Source: Eledone cirrhosa (lineage: Eukaryota). From it: a stretch of DNA of 64,000 nucleotides. The stretch lies in NCBI GenBank assembly GCA_964016885.1, contig OZ024753.1, positions 39,432,001 through 39,496,000 of the forward strand, in the 5' to 3' direction. The position numbers and the translations under genes are program-made. Below, piece by piece: positions 16,369 through 31,310 of the stretch. Below the pieces are notes generated by a model that was not told where the DNA came from, did not search any database, and saw only the letters and a program-made list of their open reading frames with translations. Within the stretch, counting starts at the first letter, position 1; each line of letters starts with the position of its first letter.

Positions 16369-16611
16369 ATATATATATATATATATGTATGTATATATGC
16401 ATATCAATATTTTTATGTTTACACAGACATACATTCACGCTCATACACACATATACATCTATACACACACATGTGCATATATAATATATATATATATAAT
16501 ATATATATATTATATATATATATAATATATATAAATATACAGATGTGTCTGACCTGCGTCTCCTGAGTTTTTTTCTATTGTAAATAAATATAAATATAAA
16601 CACAAATACAA

Positions 16612-16669
<58 letters not shown>

Positions 16670-16736
16670 TATTATTCTATTACGTGTACCAGCCGGCAGG
16701 CCGGCAGACTGATCTATGCTGTAGCATCACTCTTGG

Positions 16737-16857
<121 letters not shown>

Positions 16858-17388
16858 GTATATATATATATATGTATATACATACATATATATGTATGTA
16901 TATATATATATATATATCTCCGTATATATAATTATATATATATACATACACACATCTGTGTGTATGTGTGTCTTTTATACAGGTCGAGTATTATTTATCT
17001 ATTTATCTGTCTGTGTGGCTATTTGGCTCAGTATATCTTTTTGTTTGTTTGGTTGGGTGAAAGAAAAGGTTTTCCGAGTCGAGTAATCAGTTCAACTGAC
17101 AATGTATCACATCCATTATTTCCATCTCTTCTTTGTCGTGAAATATTCCATCAGAATCTCCATTAAAAACTTTCTTCCAAATGGACTCTTACACCACTTA
17201 TTACCGCCTCATTGCTAAACAAACGCTTACACAAACATATATGCAATCAAATATACACATACACACACACACACACACACATACACACATACAGACACAC
17301 ATGCATTTATATATAAACATACTTAAGCCTTTATCCATATACGTATACACATGCAAATTGTCATACATATATATATATATACACACAC

Positions 17389-17431
<43 letters not shown>

Positions 17432-17446
17432 CGTATACGTATACGA

Positions 17447-17486
<40 letters not shown>

Positions 17487-17526
17487 TGTGTATATATATA
17501 TATATGTGTGTGTATATATATGTGTG

Positions 17527-17637
<111 letters not shown>

Positions 17638-17641
17638 TATA

Positions 17642-17686
<45 letters not shown>

Positions 17687-18151
17687 ACATATATTTACAC
17701 ATACATATATATTAAATATAGCCAGATATGTATATAGAATAAATAGTAGTGGAATAAAAAGCTATATATACATATACATTGAAACACACTCACACACACA
17801 CACTCATACACATGCATATATGTATGTATGTGTGTGAGAGAGAGAGAGTGTGTCTGTGTGTGACTCTGTCTGTGTGTCTGTGTTAATATTTTCATGGTTA
17901 TTTTTGTTGTTTAGATTTTAGGTCATTTATGTTTGTTTATTTTCAGGGTTTTTTTTACTGATTTTTTTTATCCATTTTTTTTTTGTTGGGGGGGGGGGGG
18001 TTAAGAGTGATGAAGAGTGTTGAAAAGTCGAGAATGATATAGATTGCGTGATGTGTATGTATGTGTGTAAATGTAGGATTAAATAGCAGTATCTATGTGC
18101 CTACATGTATGATTATGTGTTGTTTATGTGGCTACCTGTATTATTAAATAA

Positions 18152-18186
<35 letters not shown>

Positions 18187-18189
18187 CGT

Positions 18190-18339
<150 letters not shown>

Positions 18340-18345
18340 ACATAC

Positions 18346-18382
<37 letters not shown>

Positions 18383-18560
18383 ATGAAAAGTAAAAAATAA
18401 AAATGAAAAATAATGAAAAATAAAAAATTTTAAATGAAAAAAAAATATATATATATATATATATCAGTATATGTATATATGTATATATTATGTCAATATA
18501 TATATATATATATGTATCTGTATGCATGTAGGTAGGTATGTATATATATATATATATATA

Positions 18561-18746
18561 GGAACTAGTAAGACCCCGACAGCTGAGCTCAAGCCGTTTC
18601 GACGGCTAATTCCAGAATTAGCCGTCGAAACGGCTTGAGCTCAGCTGTCGGGGTCTTACTAGTTCCTATTACCCACTCTACTACCTCAAGTATTGAGTAC
18701 TTTGGTGCGTTATGGTCCACCTGGTTCCTTACCACATTTCCTTCGT

Positions 18747-18747
<1 letters not shown>
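18561..18747 (+). mobile_element. TA-embedded fold-back element, family A
   Basis: Perfect hairpin GGAACTAGTAAGACCCCGACAGC...GCTGTCGGGGTCTTACTAGTTCC, then tail ATTACCCACTC...CCTTCGTT; (TA)n flanks. Confidence 0.9.
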
Positions 18748-18778
<31 letters not shown>

Positions 18779-18899
18779 CATCATTATCATCATACATGTC
18801 ATCATCAGCACCGTCATCTTCATCATGACCATCACCATCATCACCATCATCATCATCATCATCATCACCATAATCACTGTCATCATCATCATCACCATT

Positions 18900-19525
18900 C
18901 CGTATTATCTTCCATGTCATTGTTAGCTGTGACTACGTTACCAAGCAAGTACCTCTGTGTGCCATGGATATGTGCTGGATTAACTTCTAGTACCATTGAG
19001 TCTATTTCAGTGAAAGTACTCTACATAATTGTTTCTACGTTAGGCACAAGGCCAGCAATTTCCCAGTGTTTTACTGGTACTTTATTTTATCGACCCCGTA
19101 AGGATGAAAGGCAAAGTTAACCTCGGCGGGATTTGAACTCAGATCATAAAGGGCCGTAACTCTTTGCTGCAAAGCATAGCGTCCGACCCTCTACCGATAC
19201 TGCCAATCCACCATATTAAGTACTCTACATAATATCGTTACATTGTCTAGACTTGCTATTTTCTGTATGTTGTATATATTTCTCAGTTCTGGTGTTTGTA
19301 TCATGTATTTGTCTGAGTGTATATTTATATTTATCTATATTTATTATTCCTCAAGTACCTGTTATTATAAGGTTTGTTTCTATTTTCGACATTCACATTT
19401 CTATTTCTAGATCTTTATATTTGGATATTTCCTCTATTTCTTTCAGAGATATGTTGTCGTTTGTTGGAGCTGATATGGTAACAAAGCGGCATTACTTTTT
19501 CAAGTTGACCTTGACATAATTAGCG
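18900..19525 (-). mobile_element. 3' end of a Dong/R4-clade non-LTR retrotransposon (restriction-like endonuclease region plus 3' UTR), decayed
   Basis: Manual minus-strand translation gives ISAPTNDNISLKEIEEISKYKDLEIEM...NIYNIQKIASL...ILCRVLSLK*, matching the R4/Dong C-terminal pattern (D.S.P.D.N...KE.EK.SKYKDL.IE...IQK.ALL.T..ILR..L). Stops and frameshifts present. Confidence 0.8.
19030..19217 (-). mobile_element. SINE family 1 inserted into the Dong/R4 LINE fragment
   Basis: 16-bp TSD AAGTACTCTACATAAT at 19014-19029 and 19218-19233. Confidence 0.9.
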
Positions 19526-19765
19526 TTGATCTCCCTCTCCGGGGTAGGGCATGTTTGCTTTCTTACAACCGAACCTGTCTCTGGATGCGATAGCTCATCA
19601 GAATTATGAATTTTTCAAATGTATCGAATAAGGGCTGCTACACCATTATATATAAGCATAAAGTGCTGTCGTATACACGCATATAAAGCAGTAATTACTT
19701 TTTATAAGCTGTTACTGTAAGTATGTAGGTAGGTAGGTAGGGAGATAGGTATGTACGTATATATG

Positions 19766-19863
<98 letters not shown>

Positions 19864-19981
19864 TGTTGTCATGCAAGTAAGTAGGTAAGTGGGTTGATAT
19901 ATAGATAGCTTTGTAGGAAGGTAGGTATTTAGGTAAGTATTAAAAATGGATCCTGGTCACGAAATAAATGAAAGTATTATT

Positions 19982-20024
<43 letters not shown>

Positions 20025-20464
20025 GCACAGCAATAACAATAACAATAACAATAAAAGCTAACTTTTAGCTGAGAATTCTTCAAATATTACAATATTACAT
20101 CGATGCTGATGACAAAAGAAGAGAACTTATGTGAACGCTGGAAATAATTGAACCAACGATTTAGTTGCAAATATAAAAGAAGAAAAAACCCTACAAAAAC
20201 AAGAACAACAAAAACAACAACAAAAACAGTCGATCTAAAAGTAGTTTTAGTAGCTGAGCCGAGCTTCACTGGACTAGGAAAATAAATCAGTGATTTGATA
20301 GGTTCAAATGAAACGATAGATATGGTCACTAGGGCATTTAGTTCTATATAGTATGTAGACATATTGCTCATATTTTATTGTGGCGCTTATTTTTTTTATT
20401 TTATTTTCTTCTCTTTTCTTTCTTTGTTTTGTATACACACAATTCTACATTGACGACATTGTTT

Positions 20465-20510
<46 letters not shown>

Positions 20511-20547
20511 CTATGGCTTTATATAGCAATAGCAAAAATGGAGAAAT

Positions 20548-20637
20548 AGTGAAATGGTGAAATGGTGGAATGGTGAAATGGTGGAATGGTGAAATGGTGG
20601 AATGGCGGAATGGTGGAATGGTGGAATAGCGGAATAG
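20548..20637. repeat. 8-bp tandem repeat TGGTGRAA
   Basis: About eleven visible units. Confidence 0.85.
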
Positions 20638-21015
20638 TTTAGTGACCGGGAAGAATTGATTTCAGTATGACATGGCTTAGCTGTGAGAGTGTACAACGAG
20701 AGAGAGAGAATGAGAGAGAGAGTGAGAATAAAGAGGGAGTAAATAAAGCGAAGGGGAGAGAGAGAGGGGGAGGAAGAGGGAAATAAAGAGACAGATAGAG
20801 AGGGGTAAGAATGCATAGAGGCTTTAAAAGAAAGAAGAGGAAGATGTGTTATAGAAGCTCTGAGAGAGAGATAGAGAGAGAGTGAGAGAGAGAAAGAATG
20901 TGAGAAGGAGAGAGTAAGAGTTAGAAGAGAGTGTCAAAGAAAAAAGATGTGTCATGGGTTAGATTATATGTTTGCATGTCTGTGTATATATATACATATA
21001 TACATATATATATAA

Positions 21016-21066
<51 letters not shown>

Positions 21067-21106
21067 CATATATGTATATATATATATATACATATATACA
21101 TATATG

Positions 21107-21156
<50 letters not shown>

Positions 21157-21160
21157 TGTA

Positions 21161-21196
<36 letters not shown>

Positions 21197-21242
21197 CATA
21201 TATGTATATATATATATATACATATATACATATATGTATATA

Positions 21243-21331
<89 letters not shown>

Positions 21332-21352
21332 GTATATATATACATATATGTA

Positions 21353-21394
<42 letters not shown>

Positions 21395-21841
21395 ATGACA
21401 GAGAGTGAGAGAGAGAGAAAGAAAAAAGAAAGAAAGACAGATGTGTAGATAGAATATGAGTGAGAAGAGTGTGTAAAAAAAGCAAAACAAAAGCAAAACA
21501 AAAATAAACAAATAAAAAACAAAAAAAAAGATGGACGACGTTCAGAGTGAGAGTGAAATGCGGATAACTTTTTATCTGGAGGATTTAATGATCATCAAAT
21601 TAGAGAGCCATCCGTTAATTTCGACAGAGATAACAATGATATGTCACTGATTTTTGCTGGCAAAAGCCAAGTGGACCATTTTAATGGATCCGCCATTTTC
21701 TCTTCATCGTTTCGTTAATACTTTTTTCCATTCCCTCTCTAAACTGCACAACTCTTAAACCGTCATTCTGCTTGTGTTTCTCTCTCTCACTATCTCTGTC
21801 TGATTTTCTCTCTTTGTATGTCTCTCTCTCTCTCTCTCTCC

Positions 21842-21965
<124 letters not shown>

Positions 21966-21967
21966 AC

Positions 21968-22056
<89 letters not shown>

Positions 22057-22665
22057 TATATATATACATTCATATATATATATATACATATATATATACA
22101 TATATACATATATATATATACATATATATACATATATATATAAATATGTATATGTATATATATATAAATATATACATATACATATATATATATCCATATA
22201 TATATACATCCATATATATATATATCCATATATATATATATTCCTCTATTTTTCTGTCTCTTACTATTTCTCTGTCACAATTTTACACTATCTTTATTTC
22301 ATACTTTTTTTTTATATATTCTAGTTCTAGTTTTCTGTAATATATATTTATATATTTTTTATTTTCTCTTTTCGTCTCCGTCTCCCCTCATATCTATATA
22401 TTTGGCTTCTTTTACTAAGTTTTTCCCCGCCAATACAATTCCTATCCCTTTGACGTGACCATATGAAGTTTACCAGAACTTATGAACATTGATAAAACTA
22501 TCCATTTCAAGATTAAAAAGAGAACTAGTATAAAAGAGAAACACTCATTATATATTCATGTCAGTTTTCCCCATACCGAGTTATCTCTTTTTTTTATGGT
22601 ATAAATGTTGTTTGCACACCAAGTAGTTTTCAAAGGAATCATAGCTAAGCAGGAGTAATTTATCA

Positions 22666-22700
<35 letters not shown>

Positions 22701-22732
22701 TATGTATCTATATATATATATGTATCTATATA

Positions 22733-22770
<38 letters not shown>

Positions 22771-22846
22771 TCTATCTATCTATATATATTTATATATATA
22801 TAAGTATATATATATGTGTATATAAATATGTATATATATATACATG

Positions 22847-22916
<70 letters not shown>

Positions 22917-23051
22917 TGCATGTGTGTGTGTTTGTGTGTGTTTGTTTGTATATGTGACTGCCTGTTTGTGTGTTTGTGTGTTTGTGTACATATATATATA
23001 TATTTATATACATATATGTGTATATGATATATGAGTATTTATGTATGTATG

Positions 23052-23171
<120 letters not shown>

Positions 23172-23538
23172 CATAAGTATTATGTATGTATATATAAAAA
23201 GAAATGGCACCGCTTAAATCCGCAGAAACTCTTCAAGCGTTCGCCTGTATTTCAACATTTGACAAATTTTCTAAATACATATGTAAAAGTATGTAAAAAA
23301 TAAACCAATAATATACAACACTAAAATAGGATACAATCAAAATAAGTTCAGGTCGTTTTACTGTATACTGCAGCATCTGTATAAGAAATATGGATTCAAA
23401 GACATTATACGTGTGCGAGGTGGGTGAGCTGTGTATATGTGTGAGAGGGAACATATTATATGTATGTATATAAGTGTGTTTCTGTGTGTCTCAGTGGACC
23501 TCTGTGTGTTTATATATCTGCATACATACATATATATG

Positions 23539-23618
<80 letters not shown>

Positions 23619-23798
23619 TAGTATAACTGAACAAAAAAGAAAAATGTACATAGACATATACATGTATACGTTCTAATATGTCTGTCTGTTCGTTTCTCTT
23701 TTTGTTCAGTTATACTATACGGCTCGGAAAAACCTTTTTCCTAGAGATAATTTTACTGTAATGAGACTATTTTGAGTTTCTAACTCAATACATGCTTT

Positions 23799-23801
<3 letters not shown>
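23619..23801 (+). mobile_element. TA-embedded fold-back element, family E
   Basis: TAGTATAACTGAACAAAAA...TTTTTGTTCAGTTATACTA imperfect hairpin plus ~80-nt tail; (TA)n on both sides. Confidence 0.65.
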
Positions 23802-23850
<49 letters not shown>

Positions 23851-23854
<4 letters not shown>

Positions 23855-24001
23855 GAAACGTTAAGACCCCGAATTAGCCGTCGAAACGGCTTGGGCTCAG
23901 CCGTCGGGGTCCTACTCGTTCCTATTACCCACTCTACTACCCTATGTATTGAGTACTTTGGTGCGTTATGGTCCACCTGGTTCCTTACCACATTTCCTTC
24001 G

Positions 24002-24003
<2 letters not shown>
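23851..24003 (+). mobile_element. Family A element with truncated, chimeric left arm
   Basis: Right arm and tail of family A preceded by GTCCGAAACGTTAAGA; (TA)n flanks. Confidence 0.85.
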
Positions 24004-24042
<39 letters not shown>

Positions 24043-24080
24043 GAGAAGAAAGAAGAATACTGCGTGGTTTGCACATGGGT

Positions 24081-24164
<84 letters not shown>

Positions 24165-24167
<3 letters not shown>

Positions 24168-24341
24168 ATAATAATAAATTTGAAGACTAAAATCAAAAGA
24201 GGGCTCGATAAGGATAAATATATATCAAATATATAAGAACCGTAGAGCAAATATTTATTAAAATATTTATTAAAATCTTCTGAAGATCCCGTTAAGGGTG
24301 AAAGCAGCGATTCTTTGCTTAAACTTTAATCTGTTATTTTA

Positions 24342-24347
<6 letters not shown>
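24165..24347. mobile_element. TA-embedded element, family B, with HHR-like motif
   Basis: Inverted tail joined to AATCTT-CTGAAGA-TCCC-GTTAA-GGGT-GAAAGCAGC-GATT...TTTTAATAAAT. Homologous to 29306-29459 and 54569-54647. Confidence 0.75.
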
Positions 24348-24390
<43 letters not shown>

Positions 24391-24626
24391 TGCACATGGA
24401 TGTGTGTGTGCATGCGAAGTGGCCTGTGTGGGCGTTTTTGTGTTTGTTTCTGTCTGTGTAATTATGTAAATATGTGGGTGTATATGTAAGTGAGAGGAAG
24501 CATCAGTGCGTGTGTGAAGAAGGGGGGTGTAGGGCCCTGTGGGTAACTGAGTTTATAATATGGACTGACTCAATGAGAAATAAAGAGTCTTGTTCAGCGA
24601 TAGAACACATGCCCAGGAATTGAAAT

Positions 24627-24815
24627 AATTGTTTCTACTTTTGGCACAAGGCAAGCAATTATCCCAGTGCATTACTGGTACTTTATTTTAACAACCTCTT
24701 TGGATGAAAGGCAAAGTTTACCTCAGCGTGATTTGAACTCAGACCATGAAGAGCCGTAATTCTTTGCTGCAAAGCATCGCGTCCGACCCTCTACCGATAC
24801 TGCCAATCCACCACC
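24627..24815 (-). mobile_element. SINE family 1
   Basis: Full-length match to the other copies. Confidence 0.85.
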
Positions 24816-25494
24816 CTTACGATTAAATATAATACCAGTCTAATTCTGGGGCCAATATAATCGACGAGTGTTTCTTGTCCTTATAACATTACTGGCCTTG
24901 CGTCTGAATTACAAATGATTATAAATATTTACTATTAACAGCTCCATTGAGCACATGGTGATTAATGTTTACACGTTGAATAAGCAACTGATTGTGAAAG
25001 AGGGACTGTCAAGGTAAGTTGCTCAACTAGAGGTCAGCCGTTCAAATAATAACAAAACCAATCTGTTGTTTTCCTGGGGGGTGAGGCAGAGGCAGATTAT
25101 TGTGTGTTATCTTACTCTATAGTTTGAAAACCCGCCCAATTTACGGTTAATTTGTTAAAAGAGCTAAATATAAATCCCAGCTGTAATACATTTCGTATGC
25201 ATCCATGTACGTAAATACGTAGCTTGCAATAATTGTTCTTCTCAAACACGTGTGCATGGAAGAGGGATGTGTGCGCATGTATATATGTATGTAAGCATGT
25301 AAGCATGTATGTGCGTGTATATGTATATATATATATATATATGTATGTATGTGTGTATGTATGTTGTATGTGTATGAATGTGCTTATGTTTATAATATAT
25401 GTATGTGTGATATGTATGTTTCGGGGTTTTTTTTTTGTAAATAAAAATACAACCATATCCATCTACACCTACACACACATATATATGTGTATGT

Positions 25495-25542
<48 letters not shown>

Positions 25543-25578
25543 GCGTGTGTTTGTGTATGTGTGTGTATGTGTGTGCGC

Positions 25579-25659
<81 letters not shown>

Positions 25660-25790
25660 GGTGAATCTACTTTTAGATCGACCTCGAAAGGATGAAAACC
25701 AAAGTTAACCTCGAAAGTGAATTTGAACTTAGAGCACAGAGAGGGGCTGTAAGGAATATTGCAAAGTATTCTATTTTAACTATTCTGCCA

Positions 25791-25845
<55 letters not shown>

Positions 25846-26084
25846 TAAGAGGAATTCCAACTTTGTCTGATTTACTCGTTTTATTTACAATCCTTTAAAA
25901 TTTATAATGGTATTATAATGAAATAGTATGATAGAATATTAAATTCTAAGTGTTAATTGAACAAGTACTTTCATGCTTTCGCAATCTTCAGGTTCATAAT
26001 ATGTGGTGACAGTCAAGTTTGCAATTTTCAACTGTGTATTAATATAATCTTCTATACACAATCATACACACCCGTGTATATTTA

Positions 26085-26117
<33 letters not shown>

Positions 26118-26249
26118 CTTTCCAATTGTTTAAAAGGGCAGAGTTAACGATGTGCAGACTAACCGATGGCAGATATACAACTCCATAATATATGCTTCGA
26201 TAAAGCACATAAGCACATTCATTATGTCGTCAATCCTCAGAAACAGTGT

Positions 26250-26320
<71 letters not shown>

Positions 26321-26433
26321 AACATATCGATTTTCATCTGAGGATACCGTTCTTATAATCAACAGCAAATGCATGCAGGACATCTCGATTGCATGGAGAA
26401 CCGTGGAAATAATTGTTATGATTAAACGATAAT

Positions 26434-26617
26434 TGTTTCTACTATTGGCACAAGGCCAGAAATTACCCAGTACATTACTGGTACTTTATTTTATCGACCC
26501 CGTAAGGATGAAAGGCAAAGTTAACCTCGGCGGGATTTGAACTCAGAATGGCAAGGGCCGTAACTCTATGCGTCAAAGCATGGCGTCCGACCCTCTACTG
26601 ATACTGCCAATCCACCG
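26434..26617 (-). mobile_element. SINE family 1 with TSD
   Basis: 13-bp TSD ATTAAACGATAAT at 26421-26433 and 26618-26630. Confidence 0.9.
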
Positions 26618-26821
26618 ATTAAACGATAATGTAAGCTCACCATTCTTATTTTGTTATATATATATATATAATTATATATACATATATATACATACATATA
26701 AATATATTTAGATACATATATATATTTGTATGTGTGTGTGTGTGTGTGTGTGTCTGTGTTAGACATAGCCTGCGCCAATACAAGCTGAAACCTATCAAAG
26801 TTATCAAAGTTATATACAGGT

Positions 26822-26973
26822 AAAAGAAGTTAAACATGTAATTGGTGTCTTTAAGAAGATTTATTAATTAATAAATCTTTTTAAAAACCCCCAATTGCAT
26901 TTTCAACTTCTTTTTCCTTCATTTTTACCCGAGTAGGACATACAAAAACTCACTTTCTACACTGCATTTCGTT
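26822..26973 (+). mobile_element. Fold-back element related to family C (hairpin plus tail)
   Basis: Imperfect ~45-bp arms around TTAATTAA. Right arm CAATTGCATTTTCAACTTC resembles family C CAGTTGCATTTTCGACTTC. Tail ends TTCGTT(AT)n like family A. Confidence 0.6.
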
Positions 26974-26985
26974 ATATATATATAC

Positions 26986-27019
<34 letters not shown>

Positions 27020-27063
27020 TATAAAAAATAAAAAATAAAACAACGCACTCTAGTTTTTTAATT

Positions 27064-27171
<108 letters not shown>

Positions 27172-27321
27172 TAGTGTAGAGGAGTAATTTAATTCTACCT
27201 TATACGTATTATCCTTTATAGTTAATATATAGAGTTAACAGATATTATGTTATATATATATATATTTATATATATATGTATATATGTGTGTATGTATATA
27301 TATGTATATATATATGTACAT

Positions 27322-27393
<72 letters not shown>

Positions 27394-28228
27394 GTGGGAG
27401 AAAGGAGGAGAGAGCGAGCGGGAGAGAGGACAAGAGTAGATAAAGAGATAGATAGATAGAGGGATGAATAGATAGATGCATTTCATTATTTCTATACTAT
27501 TTCATTACTATGGAGGAAAAGTCTATAAATCAGACTTTAAATGTCAAAATTTCAAACGCGGAAGAAGCAAACGGTTGATTTATAGCAAGCAATTGTTACT
27601 ATTAGAAAGAGAGAGAGAGAATGGACGACTTCGAATGACATTTTCACAGTATAAAGTAAGCCATTCAGTTTGTGTGTTGGGTCCTGTGCACACATAGGCT
27701 TTTCTTTAGTGTAGTAGAGTACTCAGAAAGATAGTAGCGGCGTTAAAAAGACAAGACTCTGTAATGAAAGAGGCATTATCCGCTTGGGTAAGTCTTTTAA
27801 CCTGCTTTGCTACTAGTGCGCTGTTTCTTTTATCGATGTTCTGCCGCGGAAGCAGACGAAAATGCCACTTGAAGGAATAGTGGTAGTATTAGGAACGTGC
27901 CATAAATCAAAGTTGCCAGCACCCGCTGCTACAATAGATAAGTTATATTGAATAAAATAAATAAGAGTTGGACTGGATGGGATGGAAAGAAAGGGAGAAG
28001 CGATGGATGAAAAAGATGGTAGTAAAATGTGTATTGTGCGTATGTATATACGTATTGTATGTATGTATTCATGCATACATGTATGTATGTCTGTGTGCAT
28101 CTATATATGTAAGTATGTATGTAATAATGTCTGTATGCATGTATGTTTGTATGTTTGTATTTTCTTTGATTATAAGTATCTATGCCTGTATGCATGTATA
28201 TATGTGTATTTTGGCATACATATATATG

Positions 28229-28318
<90 letters not shown>

Positions 28319-29224
28319 GAGAGAGATAGATAGATAGTATACATGTATGTATATCTGTATGTATGTATGTATATAAATATATATATGTACATACATAGAT
28401 ATATACATTATATATATATATATATATAATGTATATAAATGTATATATGCACTTACATAGATATATACATTATATATATATATATATATTTATACACACA
28501 CCCACACATATATATATATACATATATATGTGTGTGTGTGTGGATATATATGTATATAAAGAGAGAGAGAGAGAGGGGGGGACAGAGAAACGCATAAAGA
28601 ATGAAAAATAAAAGTAAGAAATAAAGAGGGGAGATAATACAGTAATACCGATGTTAATAGAGATATATTTAAGAGAAAAACTCGTAGATAAGGCGAGGGG
28701 AATGTTAAAGAACCGAAATAAGATCAGCCAACTAGCCACATAGAAACTATAAACTATAGAATCAGAAAACGTGGTGATAGAGACATTCAATATATACTAC
28801 ATAATCTAAGGCTGTTTGTTTTACTTTGGAATGGTAAACCTCTTTATTGATATATATTCCATACTTGTTACGAGCGAGCCTGAGTTGGCCTTATGCCAGA
28901 ATAAGGCCCTGTGTCTTTTAATGTCTCGTTTTCTCTATCCTCTGGAGTAACGCCTTTGCAATTATGGCCTCCGCAGAGACCCTAAGGAAACATCCACATG
29001 AGGGTTTTTCGTTTCAGTTAGAAATAAAGAAAGATTGAACGAATGAATGAAATGAAAAAAAAAGAAAAAAGTGGTAAATTGTCATTGGTCAGTCCGTGTT
29101 GTTACACTTGGCCACTAAACACGCATATGCGTATATATATACATACATACATACATACATACATACATACATACATACATACATACATACATACATACAT
29201 ACATACATACATACATACATACAT

Positions 29225-29294
<70 letters not shown>

Positions 29295-29305
29295 ATGTAT
29301 GTATG

Positions 29306-29459
29306 TTTGAAGACTAAAATCCAAAGAGGGCTCGATAAGGATAAATATATATCAAAAATATAAGAACCGTTGAGCAAATATTTATTAAAATAACAGATTA
29401 AAGTTTAAGCAAAGAATCGCTGCTTTCACCCTTAACTTTAATCTGTTATTTTAATAAAT
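29306..29459 (-). mobile_element. Family B fold-back element
   Basis: Tail plus hairpin ATTTATTAAAATAACAGATTAAAGTT...AACTTTAATCTGTTATTTTAATAAAT. Confidence 0.75.
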
Positions 29460-29849
29460 ATATCTATATACGTACATAAATACATACATACACACGAATA
29501 TATATACATACAAACACACATTCTAACATACATTCCTACATGCATAAACACATACACTCATATATCCTTACATGCATGCATGTCTTCATTCATAGATGCG
29601 TACATATATGCGTTCATACATACAAACACACATAGATACATACATACATATATACATACATATACACACACACACGTACATAAATACCTTTACACATGCG
29701 TACTTACATACATATATCCATACATACACACATATATCCATTCATACATACATACGTACACATATATACACATACGTTGATATACATACATGCATAAATA
29801 CATATATGTATTATATTTGTGTGTATAATATGCTGACCTAATTATTCTT

Positions 29850-30978
29850 TCTCTCTAAGACCAGTAATTTGAGTGGTGGGGAGGGGAGATCGATAATATT
29901 CACTTCAGTAATCATATGCTACTTTATATTATCGACCCCGTAAGGAAGAAAGGCAGAGCTAACCTCGGCGGGATTTGAACTCAGACCGTAAAGAGTCGTA
30001 ACTCTATGCCACAAAGCATGTTGTCCGATGTTCTACCGGTTCTGCTAATCTACCGCCTTCAAAATAATGGTTTCTACTTTTGGCACAAGGTCAGCAATTA
30101 TACCAGTGCATTACTGGTACTTTATTTTATCGACTTCGTAAGGGTGAAAGGCAAAGTTAACCTCGGCGGGGATTTGAACTCAAAATAATGTTTTCTGATT
30201 TAGGCCTGAGGTCAATAATTTTGGGTGAAGGTAAGTCGATTAAATCGATCCCAGTGTATTACTGGTACCTTATTTTATATCGACACCGTACGGGATTTGA
30301 CCTCAGAACGTAGAAAGTCTTAACTAAATACCACAAAGAATCTTGTCTGATGAACTATCGATTCTGTCGTTTCACTAGCTTGTAATCTTTCTTAATAATT
30401 GTTTCTACTTCTGGCACAAGGCCAGCAATTACCCCAGTGTATTACTGGTACTTTATTATATCGACCCCGTAAGGATCAAAGTCAAAGTTAACCTTGACGG
30501 GATTTGAACTCAGATCATAAAGGGCCATAACTCAATGCTTCAAAGCATGGCATCCCACCCTCTAGCGATACTGCCAATCCACCGCTTTCTTAATAATTGT
30601 TTCTACTTTCGGCGCAAGGCCAGCAATTACCCCAGTGTATTACTGGTACTTTATTTTATCAAGCTCGTAAGGATGAAAGGCAAAGTTAACCTCAACGGGA
30701 TTTGAATTTAGATCATAAAGGGCCATAACTCAATGCTTCAAAGCATGGCATCCCACCCTCTACCGATACTGCCAATCCACCGCTTTCTTAATAATTGTTT
30801 CTACTTTTGGCACAAGGCCAGCAATTACCCAGTGCATTACTGGTACTTTATTTTATCGACCCCGTAAGGATGAAAGGCAAAGTTAACCTCGGCAGGATTT
30901 GAACTCAGACCGTAAAGGGACGTAACTATGTTGGAAAGCATGGCGTCCGAGCCTTTACCGATACTGCCAATCCACCGC
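29850..30978 (-). mobile_element. Head-to-tail stack of about six SINE family 1 copies
   Basis: The GGATTTGAACTC B-box motif recurs about every 120-200 bp. The last three copies are bounded by CTTTCTTAATAAT. Confidence 0.85.
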
Positions 30979-31218
30979 TTTCTTAATAATACTATAAAAG
31001 TCGGTCTGAACCAATAGGCAGTACTTAAGGAATGAACTATAGAAATACAGAATAACGTGACATAGTCAGATAATATATATTGACTGATATAAGGATTTCT
31101 GATTTAGGCACAAGGTCAGCAATTTGGTGGGAAAAGGAAAAACGATTAAATCTACTACATCACAACCACCAACATCACCACAACCAGCACCACTAACATC
31201 ATAACCATTAACATGTAT

Positions 31219-31310
<92 letters not shown>

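Noticed and set aside
18561-18668. Family A hairpins as miRNA precursors or ordinary TIR MITEs
   Set aside because: They are dispersed multi-copy, and an obligatory one-sided ~80-nt tail does not fit TIR transposons. Small-RNA production is not excluded.
19575-19610. CTGATGAG on the minus strand as another hammerhead
   Set aside because: No stem II followed by GAAA and no stem I pairing.
27640-27930. Complex GC-richer block as an exon or LINE fragment
   Set aside because: No convincing motif or splice pair in the frames examined; left unassigned. 7915-8160, 28860-29010 (weak RTE-like) and 48950-49100 are likewise unassigned.
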